Assembly: GCF_009914755.1 (NCBI RefSeq)
Contig: NC_060927.1
Origin: the human T2T-CHM13v2.0 reference genome, Homo sapiens
Length of the DNA stretch: 64,000 nt
Reading direction: 5' to 3' (one strand)
Positions 12,220 through 25,779 of the stretch are shown one piece after another. The translations under genes and the position numbers were made by a program. Under the pieces are notes generated by a model. That model saw only the letters and a program-made list of their open reading frames with translations, had not been told where the DNA came from and did no database searches. Numbering within the stretch: the first letter of the stretch is position 1; the number at the start of each line of letters is the position of its first letter.

Positions 12220-12840
12220 CTGCTGGCTCTCCACATGTATACTGGAATGATCTTAAAGAAAACAAGAAAGGCAAAAAACCTTGTAAGAGGTTTTTGTCAC
12301 TTCATTGGTTAAAACCCTCTAAATATTTTTCTTTGAATTTAGAGAAATTACGTATTTCTATGCTAGCCTCCCTCACCTGAGACTTCCCTCCCTGTTATGC
12401 GTTGTGTTTCAACCATCGTTCTTTTTCTTTTTCTTGATCATGCCAAGTTTTCCACTCCTTATTCATTTTTTTCTTAGACATTTGTTTTCCTTCTGAATCT
12501 TCACATGGATGGTTTTTTCCATCATTTAGGTCTTAGGACTTATTTGACCACCCCATATAAAATCGCCAGGTACTTAGCCTCAAAAGAATTTTTTTGTCCC
12601 ATCAGCTTAATTACATACCTAATGTAATGACTGATAGTAAATCTTATTTTCTTCTACTGCTTATCTAACATGATTCTACTTAGGTATTTGACTACCTGTT
12701 TTTCCTGTTTCCTTTCAATAGAGTGGAAGCTCCAGGATGGCAGGAACATTGTCTTTTTCACCAGTTTCCCAGTGCTTAGCCTGGTGCAGAGCAACCCTAA
12801 GTGGACATTTACAAAGTCAGCTTACTATTTAATAAATGTG
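12220..12840 (+). mobile_element. L2a 3' region
   Basis: 'tagagtggaagctccaggatggcaggaacattgtc...ccagtgcttagcctggtgc' and upstream pyrimidine-rich L2 motifs. Confidence 0.7.
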
Positions 12841-13540
12841 TGCATCTGCCTGACTCCTGGTTTATAATGTCATATAATAGACATTTGTACTTTTTCTGCC
12901 CAATGAGTTTGTAAGCATCTTGTAAATAAATACCTCGCTTTGCACATTTAACTAAACCCATTAAAAGTACAAAACAGTTAGCTTTTTATAGATGTATAGT
13001 ACAGATCTGGCAATATCTTTATTGGATGGTTCAAGAGTGGATTTAAAAAGCCAGAATGAGGGAATCTGTGTGTTAGTTTTAAAACTTTCAGATAATAATA
13101 ACCTTGGCTCAAAAACAGGAAGTCTGAACTCACTTCTAGCTAAGACAGAGTACCAGATTTATCCTCTTGCCTAAAACTACCATTTTAAAAAAATAACAGA
13201 TAAAATATATGAAACAATGATTTTCAGTACACTGGATATCAGGCAGTTAAGGACATAAGTTCCTGAGGGATGGGAAACAGTGTGATCCCTATGATTCTGT
13301 GAGTTTACTACATAAATAAATGCATGAAAAGATGATCAACATGATCTCAGTCAGTAGGAAATGATAATTAAAACCACCCTGCAATATCACTACAGACCTA
13401 TTAGAATTGCTAAAATAAAAAAGACTGACCACACCAAGTGTTTACATTGATACAAACAAATTAAGATGTGCTAAGAAAAATGTATAATAATACAATCACT
13501 TTAGAAAACAGCTTGACAGTTCCTTAGAAGTTAGACATTT

Positions 13541-14524
<984 letters not shown>

Positions 14525-15979
14525 GTTATACATTTATGTATAATATCTAAGCATTCATTCCACTTCTAGGTTTTTATCCTAGAGAAAAGAAAGTATACAT
14601 CTAAACAAAAACTTGTACACAAATGTTCATAGCAGTTTTACTTGCAGTAGCCAAATACTGGAGACAATCAAAATATCTACCAACAGGTAAATGAATAAAC
14701 ATATGGTGATATGTCCATAGATAAAATATACCCAGCAATGAAAAAGAATGGACTATCAAGGCAAACATCAACTTTGAGGAATATTAAGATAATAATGCTG
14801 AATGAAAAAAATACAAATGAAAAAGGAGTACACTCTATCATGACATTTCTATACAACTTTAGAAAATGCAGTCTAATCTGTAGTGACAGAAAGCAGTTCG
14901 ATGGTGGCTTGTAGGTTTGTACGTGTGTGTCAGAAGGTTGCAGGAAATGATGACATAAGACATGGTGGGTTGTGAGTATTCCAAAGAGCCCCTAGACACT
15001 TTTGGGGGTGGGAGATATGTTCATTATCTTGATTTTGGTGATTTTCTCACAGATACACACATAAATCAAAACTCACTGAATTGAATAGTTTAAATATGTG
15101 AAGTTTGTTGGATTTCAATTATACCTGAATGAAGAGTTTTTAAAAATAGTAAACTGACACAGTACCAATGCAACAATATCTATATGTATAGGCTGGCCTT
15201 CTGATCCAAAAGCTGTTTTTATTTATGAAGGGCACAATCTGAGACCTGGCTCATATTCACAGTCATTTGATCAAATGGATCCTGGAAATCACCGGCTTTA
15301 GGAGATAGAATGCATTCGTTTGGTGTCCATGTATCTTAATGAAAATGAATGATAATGATTTGGAATTTAATGGATTCCTTGCAGTCGTATTGAAATTTAA
15401 TAGAAAATTATATAGTATAACTTGAAATCAATTTAAATTATCTGAATGAATAATTAATATGTCTGCCATAAAATTGTCTAACATCTATTATTTAAAAGCA
15501 AATGATTCAGAATTAAGTTTACTAAAACTCTGGCTCTCTTGAAGTGTAATGTTAAAACATCCTCCTCTCTTGCTCCTCCTTAGACAAATCTTGGAATAGA
15601 TGAAAGAATAAAGTATATGCTCTACTTATTGAAAAAATATGTTTGTAGCAAGAAATACTTTGACATTTTTATAAGGCATATTCATAAACACTATCACATT
15701 ATTCCTTAGGTAGAAAAAAAGTGTGAAATAAATACCGTTCTCCTCATTTTACAAATGTAAAGCTTTTAATATTTGCCAATTATAACTCAGGATAAAATCC
15801 AGTCACTTCATCTCATGCATTTCTCTCCTTGTTTTATACTCAGTATGTTTGCTGTCTTTTGCTACAATCAAAATACTAAGTCTCTTCACACCTAAAATTC
15901 CCTTGAAATGCTCTTTTGTGGGCTTAGGATGCATTTCCCTTGATTTAGTTCAGATGCTGCCTTCATGTCCCCACCGTGA

Positions 15980-16503
<524 letters not shown>

Positions 16504-16989
16504 TCCCACCAAGACAAAGAACTTAGTGACTTGGCCAAGAAAAATCAACTATGAATGCTAACACAGTCTTCTGACCTGTGCCCTATCCCTTAACCTACCT
16601 GTCCTCTAGCATTGATCAGGCATTAAGGGAAATGACAATCTATGCTTTTATGTCCAACGGAAGGATTTGTAGATTAATATTACATTTGAAGTGCCTAATA
16701 TCCTAAAACACGTCAAAGACATCTCACATAGATGTCAGTCACTATGGAAGTTAATTTGGTAAGCCAGCTTGTGGAACAACATGCTCTTATACTTTAAGTG
16801 ATGATTTTGCTATCTAAAATGTATGTAGGCCTTCTGCTGGAGAGGAATGTAGAATCTATACTTCTTGCCCAAATGCATAACTGATTAAGTAGCTGTGGGA
16901 AAATGTGGCTTTCAGCCCAAACTGTTCTTATATGCTCTGACATTTATCCTGTGAGTTATTTGGTTAGATGTGAGTAGTATAGGTAGACA

Positions 16990-17107
16990 ACTTTCTATTT
17001 AACTCCAATTCCATAAGGTTATGTGAGCATTAAAGGAAATAATAGACAAAAGCACTTAGGAGTGTAGAACCTCATACGTGTTCAAAAAATGTTAGTTGTT
17101 ATTATTG
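16990..17107 (+). mobile_element. MIR 3' part
   Basis: 'cataaggttatgtgagcattaaagg...aaaagcacttag...aaatgttagttgttattatt'. Confidence 0.65.
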
Positions 17108-17369
17108 TTTTCGTGCTTAGGAGAAAATCAGCCAGAAGTGTACTTGGAGACGGATCCTCTCTTCTTCACATCAAGCAAAGATAAGTTCCCCTACCATTTT
17201 TTGAGTCAAATTTCCCAGGGCGTTTTTTTCAGATAGGGGCTAATAGATCTTTAGGACCTCAAATTGCTGGAAGATACTATGGCATGAGTTTGTCATAGGA
17301 AGTGACTAGTAAAACTATGCACACAATGATAATACACAAATAAGAAAAGTACATTAATTTTTACTCAGA

Positions 17370-17535
17370 CCATAGATTATGGGAGGGAAGGGGATCCTTT
17401 GACAATCTTCTAGTTCTCAAGGAAATTAGAATCTACTATGTAACATATTCCAAGATACCAACTGAGTCAAAGACAAACCTAGGATTAGAATTTAGACTTC
17501 TGACCTCTTACTCCAAGAGCCTTTCTAATGTCCTT
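17370..17535 (-). mobile_element. MIR/MIR3 fragment
   Basis: 'ggaaggggatcctttgacaatcttctagt', 'aggattagaatttagacttctgac'. Confidence 0.45.
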
Positions 17536-17555
17536 TAACTTACCCCCTTCTATGG

Positions 17556-17994
17556 TTTATTAGTTCTCAAGGATTGCCATAACAAATCAACAAAAACTGA
17601 GTAGAACTGTATTTCCTGTAAGTTCTTGAGGCTGGAAGTCTGAAATCAAGGCATCAATAGAGATGGGTCCTTTGGAGGCTCTCAGGGAGAATCTGTTTCA
17701 TACCTCTCCTTGGCTTCTGGAGGTTGCCACAGTCTTTGGTGTTCCTTGATTTGTAAATGCATCGCTCCAATTTCTGCTTCTGTCTTCACGTCACTTTCAC
17801 CCTTCAGTGTGTCTATATATCTGTGTCTTTTCTCTTTTAAGGAGAGCAGTGCTTGAGTTTAAGGTCCACCTTAATCTAGTATAACCTCATCATAACGGAT
17901 TATATCTGCAAAGACCCAATTTTCAAATAAGGTCACAATCCAAATGGATTCCAGGTGGACATGAATTCGGGATTATGCTATTCAACTCACAATA
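17556..17994 (-). mobile_element. MLT1B/C LTR
   Basis: 'gaggctggaagtctgaaatcaagg', 'gggagaatctgtttcatacctctcc', 'atctgcaaagacccaattttcaaataaggtcaca'. Confidence 0.85.
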
Positions 17995-18338
17995 TATATA
18001 AAATTATTTTGACTTATTAAAATATAATATGAAGAACCTAAAATCAAGTTTTCTCTGTTTTGTGTTGCTATTTAGGGATAAACATGAAAAGCAACAACAT
18101 TTATAAAAACACGTTCAAAATATAACTGTAAAACTTCTTCTCATGCTCAACATATATATTCTCAAGTTCATTCTTCTTGAAACCTACTTCCTTCCAAACC
18201 TAGCCACTTACAAAATGTTTATGAAAGGTTTTTTCCCCCTAAAGCTGCAAATGTCCTTTTTATGGTCAAACTAATTTCTTTTTACTTTCTCAAGTCTCTT
18301 AGTCTCCTTTCTCTATGCCTAAAAAACAATAAGCAGAA

Positions 18339-18450
18339 CAGGATGGCTAACCATCCCAGTTTGAACATGATGTCTTGAGTTTAGCATTCAAAATCCCGCA
18401 TCCTGGGAAACTCCCCAATCCCAGGAAAATGGGGACAGTTGGTCACCCTA
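18339..18450. mobile_element. MER81 (hAT-Blackjack MITE)
   Basis: About 112 bp ending in the TIR 'gggacagttggtcacccta', with degenerate opposite TIR 'caggatggctaaccatccc'. Confidence 0.8.
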
Positions 18451-18849
18451 GCAGAGGGTCTCAGGGGAAAGTGACTCGAGGGTGTGAAAGTGAAGAAGAG
18501 GACCAAGTAGTATTCATTTGCTAATTTATTATATTTCTGGGATTCTTTCCTTCTGGCCTTAGGTTACAGGTACAATAGAACATTGGTTCAAATATTGAAG
18601 TGCAATTGCCTGCAGTTATGCCTAAGCACCAATTACAGGTCTTATGGTATGAATCTTTCATTTAATGGTCATTATGGATCTGATTATAGATACCTTTCAA
18701 AGCTGAAGAGACATACAAAGTATATAGAAATTGGTCAAGGGTAGGCTAAGGGAAAAAATATCCTCTGGGTAAAATTATACTAGGTTCCTTGAATGATCTC
18801 ATTCCATCATTGATCTTTTGTTCCTAAATTGCTGTCATTGCCTGAGTCA

Positions 18850-19000
18850 CTTTAAACATTTTGAGGAAAAACAGCTTTTCTGATCTCATCCCCAGAAGTT
18901 TAATTGGTCTCTGGTGGGGGTTAAAAAAAAAAAATCTGTGTTCATCAGAAGCTACCCCAGGTGATTCTGATAATTAACCAACTTTGGGAGGAACAGTTTT
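18850..19000. mobile_element. MER5-type fragment
   Basis: 'catccccagaagttttaattggtctctggtgggg...ccccaggtgattctgat'. Confidence 0.5.
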
Positions 19001-20258
19001 AAACTACTGTAATACCTGGGCTACAGATGAATTATCAAAAAGAACCACTTCTCCCAAAGCATTTACTAGATGATAACTCCCACCAATAGAAGTATGGCTA
19101 CTTGATTTATAGCTACCTTAAGATAAAGCAATTTCATACATATGTTTGTGTATATGTACATACATACATACATATACGTACACACATACATGTGAACTTC
19201 ATTATTACTTTTTTCCAGACTCTAGTAGTCATGTAATTTGAGAACTATAAGTCCTATCAAAAATTATGATTTTTTTCTCAGCTTTGGCAAGTATAGACTC
19301 AGGAACCAAGAACAGATATTTGTGATAAAGATCAGTAAGAAGTCACATGAGCTGTGTATAGTTGCCAGAACCCAAAGCAGTTAAAGGGTGACTGGTGCAA
19401 TCCATGTCAGCTGGACACAGCTGGAGTCATGTCAATTCCTTGTCCTTCCAGACTCCACTAGCTCAGGAGTGAAAGTGTTGCAATGTTAGTTCCAGGACAG
19501 GGTGGCAGTGTGGAGAAGGAAGTCTCAGACTTTCAGAAAGGGTCAGACCCTGGAGGAAGGAGAAGGATCCCGAGGATGAAGGCCTGGATGAGTCAGGCTT
19601 GTACAGAGAACATGGCTTCGTGAGATTTGACCTTTTCTAGGTTCTTGGGGAGGCCTGTGGATATGGGGTGGGCCAGGTCTGGAAGAGCAGGTGGAGGTAT
19701 ACATCTTTGCACTGGCTACCTCTTTGGGACTAAGCAGCTGCACCCCCAAGAGCACTGTTGGTTTACCCTGTGGTAGGAAAGGGAGGGCTGCTTGTCAAAT
19801 AATTTGACAAAATATTCTCTGTGAAATCAGAGATGTGCACCGCCTGAGACATCTGAGCTCTTGTCTACTGAAATGGCTGTGGCAAAAATGGAAGCAAAGA
19901 AGCCAAATTAGGGTTTCTTCCTGCTCAATTAGGAAAGAGAATATTTCAGGTGATTTAGTCAGTCAGTACTTTAGAATTTTTGCTGAGATAAAATATGGTC
20001 ACGTGAGAGTAGGGAAAGTATAAAAGGCCCAGGGGAAAATAGAGAATAGAGAATGCTATTTCAATACAGAAGGAGCAAGACTGAAATTTTAAAAAGAGTG
20101 AGAGAATACTATTTCAAGGCCTATACAAAGAGCTGCACGTGAGGGGTGGCTATCCGAAATAAACAATTTGAAGGACATACTTCCTTTTAGATGTAATTTA
20201 AAGAGATATCAGACCATAATAATGATCTGCCTTCCGTTAAGCCTATAGACAAGTGAAA

Positions 20259-20510
20259 ATGGGAATGTATCAAAGATTTGGGAACATTTCAGAGACAAGT
20301 CCCAGAGTTACCTTCTCAGCCCCCATGTCTTAGAAATATTCATGGGCATGTTTAGCCCAGCTAAGACACAAATGTGGCTTATATGAGAATGTATCAAAGA
20401 TTTGGGGACATCTCAGAGACAAGTCTCAGAGTTACCTTCCCTTCTCAGCCCCCATGTCTTAGAAATAATTATGGACACTTTTAGCACAGCCAAGACACAA
20501 ATGTGGCTTA
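20259..20510. repeat. Tandem duplication, 2 copies of a ~124-bp unit
   Basis: 'gaatgtatcaaagatttggg...aagacacaaatgtggctta' occurs twice head-to-tail. Confidence 0.95.
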
Positions 20511-20534
20511 AACTTAAATTGGTATTTTATCTTT

Positions 20535-20785
20535 GCTAACCTTTATTGAGCATATACTATGTGCCAGGCTCTGTTGCTAAAGTTATGACATGCACCATTT
20601 TGTTTATTATTGACAACAAATGATAGTGTTTTTATTACTCCCACTTTGCCAGTGAGAATGAGACTGAGACTGAGAGAGATAAATTAACTTGTTTAAGGTC
20701 AGGGAACTGGAGAAGGACAAACCAGAGACATAAATGTATATCTTGAAGACTCCAAACCAATTGTTCTTACAGCCTACACTATAGA
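20535..20785 (-). mobile_element. MIR
   Basis: 'tttattgagcatatactatgtgccaggc', 'aattaacttgtttaaggtca'. Confidence 0.75.
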
Positions 20786-21880
20786 GGTTATGGCATTATG
20801 ATTCATTAATTGTATAATAAAAATTCTATAAAGGAGAGAGAAAAGAGAGGCTGATAAATGAATCATGGCCAATAATTTGAAGTAGGTTGAAGAAAAGAGG
20901 AAAGAATAAGAAACATCCTACAGAATAAGGAAATTAAAATATAACTCCTATAGCTAATTTAACTTATGGGAGTGGGCTTACCTTACTGGCTTTGTGGGGT
21001 GTGGGGATGTGCCTCATATGTCTCTGTTTGACGATGGCATGAACAGTAATTTTGAAAATGGAGAAAGATATGGAGGGTCATCATCTTGAGAATCACATCT
21101 AGATAACAAAGCTTACATGGGATTATAGAATCTCCAACACTTACATCTAATTCATTAAAAATATCATCTAGGGGAGGAGAAATGATGGGGTATAGTCCAA
21201 CTATAATTCAATGAAGAGCTACTTTAACTGTGAAATTGACATTTTATTTCACGTGGGTTTTTTTCGTTAAAATTATATATGCTTCAGTTTCACTGATTGA
21301 ATAGAAAAGGTCCCCAGTTTAACATAGAAATTATATAAAATTTTATTTTCTTTGCTACTGCATGACAATTTTGCAGTTTTAAAGCACTGGTTTTCTAAAA
21401 ATTAGCAAGGTCTTTCTTGCTTTATATCACCCTAACTATTATAGCAGTTAGAAACTCAGTCACAACTTTTGAATAAGATTCAGGCAAATTGTGAACTATT
21501 ACCCTGTGTTTCAAGTTGCTCCATCTACAAAATGAGTCTGGCCACCCTGTCCCAGCAATTTACGCAAAGAAGAGGGCATGACATAATGAGTGATTAATGG
21601 ATCAGCGGTCTGCCTTGAATCTCTGATTTCTCCATCTGTGTCAAGAGATGTCTTAGGACATTGAAATATTTATTAATGTTTCTAATAATACTTCATCAAG
21701 TACTTAGGAATACCTTTGGCCCTCGGTGAATTTTTAGAAATATTTAAACAGCTGTATGAGGTTTTTCAGTGATTTATATGTAGGATACCAGCTGACCCAA
21801 CTGACTGGCTGCTAATGGGCTTTCCATTAGCTTCATTTAGAAAAAAGACTTGTTTGTCAGTTTGAAAGAAATACACATTA

Positions 21881-21929
21881 TATTAGGCCAGTGCAAAAGT
21901 AATTGTGGCTTTTGTCGTTACTTTTAATA
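21881..21929. mobile_element. MADE1 (Hsmar1 mariner MITE), half element
   Basis: 'tattaggccagtgcaaaagtaattgtggcttttgtcgttacttttaat' matches one MADE1 inverted repeat. Confidence 0.75.
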
Positions 21930-21959
21930 CACTTAATACATTACAAAGTTAGGAAAGAA

Positions 21960-22165
21960 TCAGGATGCTAGATTACACAGGGTTAGAACCTAGCTGTATC
22001 ACTTACTAGCAGTATACCTTTGGACACAGTACTTAATCTGCTTGTGTCTCTGTTTCCTCATCTTAAAAACAAGAATAATGACACTGCATCCAGAATTGTT
22101 TTAAGAATTGAGTGAATTCATGTAAAGGGCACATAGGAAGTGCTCCACGAACATTAGTTATTACT
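21960..22165 (+). mobile_element. MIR
   Basis: 'atcacttactagcagtatacctttggacacagtacttaatc...tctgtttcctcatcttaaaa'. Confidence 0.8.
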
Positions 22166-23524
22166 TTTCTCACCTTAATTGGAACTGAGGTGCTTTTCTA
22201 CAGAGATATAAAATATTTTTCCACACCTCTTGAGGAACTGCAAAGAACTTTAAATATACCATGTCTGACTGAAGGAAGGAACCAACAAGCATGTGATGGA
22301 TTTGATAGTGTGCTGAATGCCTGTAGGAACAAGGAAAATATATTTGGTACAAATATTTTAATTTCCTCAAGAAATAGAACCTGTTACTGCAGCAACAGTC
22401 ACACATCTGACTACAATGTGTTCATAAAATAAAAGGAAAGAGAGAGTAGTCATAGAAACCACAAAGGGGAAATTATACTCTGAGCAGATTTCCAAGTCCC
22501 TAGTTATTAAATAATAAACTGAGATCTCATAAACATGGAAATGTATTCTAAACATAAAGTACTCAACTTCTATAATAATTTAAATAGTCTAATTGCTTGC
22601 CATATTAAAGAGGTAGTTTTTTTCTTCTGATGAATTATAATAAATAGCATCATTTCAGTCAATAAAAAGGGCATTCAAATGAATAAAAGTTTTCTTCTCA
22701 TGTTTAGAGACCCCTCTATTGACTAAAGACAGGTTAGTCCATTGCAGTGGAATCCTAGCTCCAACCTCAGCGACAAAGCTGATGCCTAGTACCCTTACAA
22801 CATGATTGAAGGTATTGTTTTGAAAGTCTTAAACTCTCTTGAAGCATATTCAGGAAAGATCTCTGTTCAACCACCTTCTTCTACAGCTAACCAAGAAGGG
22901 AGGCTCCAAGGTATTCATTAATACATAGCCTTATTGACCGGGCTTCTTAAGAATCAGGATTCTTGCTCTACCCTGAAAATACTTGGTATCCTACAAACTA
23001 TCTGCAGACTTGCTTGATTCCGCTTTCCCTTTCTCTTGGTACTGAACTCAGGCAGATTTTATCAACAGATGAGAGACAGCAAAGGCAGAGTTCATTGACT
23101 TAGCGGCTGCCTATGAAAATCCTCAGCTTTAAGTGTCAGAGCTCACGGATAAGGAAGAAAGAGCTAGGAAAATACTCACTGGGTAACAAGACCTTGGATA
23201 CACTTTCCAAAAGGGTGCTACCTACGTGAGTCTATTACTGCAATTACTTTCATCATGATGTGTTCTGCAATGTTTATTTAGTGCCTGGAGCCTGCCACAC
23301 AATGATACATTTGTTACAAGCATGGTTCTAATGCTGTGAACAGTAAAAAGAGGTTGATACAATTATCATTTTATTTTACTGATGAGGAAGCTGAGGCAGG
23401 TGAGACTTAGAGGATTTTAATAACGTTTTCAAGGGGCTTGTAAACAACTCATAAGTTAGTAAATAAAGCTTCCACCCCTTTTTTTAAAAAATTATAATAC
23501 CCATGTACTTAACCTTTATGCCGA

Positions 23525-23708
23525 TAGGTTTCTCAGAGTGGGGTCATCAGAGGGCAGCAACATAATCGTCTCCTGGAAACTACATATGCAAATTCTCAGG
23601 CTCCATCCCAGACCTACTGAATTTGAAACTCGGGGAGTGGAACCCTATGGTTCAATAAGTTCTTCAGGCCATCCTGATGCATGGTCAAGTTTGAGGACCA
23701 CTGCTTTA
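23525..23708. mobile_element. MER5A
   Basis: 'ggtttctcagagtgggg...atgcaaattctcaggctccatcccagacctactgaat...aagtttgaggaccactgct'. Confidence 0.85.
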
Positions 23709-24930
23709 TACCTACTACCTCATGTTTAAAAAATAATAATAAAGCAAAAACTTTTAGTTTGAGACTCAGAAAATGATCTCAAACAACCTAGCTGAGCTTG
23801 CTGTTTCTTACAAGCCTGTGATTGTGGAGTTTGCATCGTTCCTTTCAAGAAAGTATAAGTTGTCTAGAAAAACTTGGAGAAGATCCGACTTCTGAATTCC
23901 TGTCACTATCCTAACCATATAGCAGGCAGATGATATGGAGAAAATTGGCTTAGTCTTAAATGAGAAAGTGTTTTTTAAAAAAATTTTTAATGTTTTGTGA
24001 CAGGTATCACGGATTAAGAAATTCTATTTATGTCTTTATTCTTCTAATGAAGTGCACAGAGGTAAAAAGTAACCTTCCTTATCCTAAGAATTTGTGACAG
24101 CTTATTCCCTTTCAAGGGATTAGAGCAATGCATATGCTAATAAGCCTGTAGTGGCAACATTTTGCTTGTGAATATGACAGTGTATCAAATGCATGTTACA
24201 TGTATAATATTGGATATGCCGTGATAAGAAAAATCAGAGGACCCATAATTTCCATCTAGGGAGTGTCAATCAATACAAAGCTAAAATGCAGTTCAGGGAA
24301 AATGTCATTCTTATAATATTCTGGCAGAGTAACTGAGAAAAAAAAAATCTCTCAGAATCCCTAGATTAGTGAGACTCTGTTCCACCAGCGATGGATTTGA
24401 TCTATTATTGCCGATCGGTTTTTTTGTAGCTATGTGGCTCTTGTGAATGGGTAGAATGCTTATTTCCCATTTCAATGTTTTAGAATGTTTATGAGTAGGA
24501 GCAAGTATCTAATTTCCTTGGCATTTTTAAAACAAAACGAAGGCATTTTAAAAATGATGATTTTTGCCGAGTTCAGAACTGTATCTTTTGTACTCGGCAC
24601 CTAGCAATTGCTTGGCAATTATCTGTTGGACAAATGGCCAGTATTTTTCTCATTAGTTAGGTTATACCATAACCCATAGCCCTTGTGTAGTTCTCACTAG
24701 GCCAGCATACCCTTTGCAGGGCCCCATTCCAAGACTGCCAGTTTATATAACACATTTACTCGAAGTTCAAATTTAGTGAATCATCAGATTTTAGCTTAGA
24801 AATGTTCTAGTTCCAGCGTCTCTACAACATAGCTGAACATTGATAACTCATCACCTCTTGTAACAGAAACCTCACTGCTACACAGTGGAGTGCGTTTCAT
24901 GATTAGACCCTTGTCTGTCTCTGTAAACTC

Positions 24931-25224
24931 TTTTTTTTTTTGGAGATGGAGTCTCGCTCTGTCGCCCAGGCTGGGGTGCAGTGGCACGATCTCCACTCAC
25001 TGTAACCCCTGCCTCCTGGGTTAAAGCGATTCTCCTGCCTTAGCCTTCCGAGTAGCTGGGACTACAGGTGCCTGCCACCATGCCCAGCTAATTTTTTTGT
25101 ATTTTTAGTAGAGACAGGGTTTCACTGTGTTAGCCAGGATGGTCTCGATCTCCTGACCTGGTGATCTGTCCACCTCGGCCTCCCAAAGTGCTAGGATTAC
25201 AGGCATGAGCCACCACACCTGGCC
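24931..25224 (-). mobile_element. Alu (AluSc8/early Y-like), full length
   Basis: 'gtgttagccaggatggtctcgatctcctgacc'; TSD 'tgtctct(g/a)taaactc' on both sides. Confidence 0.95.
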
Positions 25225-25292
25225 TGTCTCTATAAACTCTTAACTGTATTGCCTACTCCTATTGTCTAGGATTCCAAGTATGAATCTGGTCC

Positions 25293-25765
<473 letters not shown>

Positions 25766-25779
25766 AAGTCCACATAAAA

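Noticed and set aside
21550-24900. Repeat-poor stretches with TAAT/octamer-like motifs as conserved enhancers (also 10000-11400, 32300-33200, 55000-57000)
   Set aside because: Conservation and activity cannot be judged from one sequence, and these motifs are frequent in AT-rich DNA
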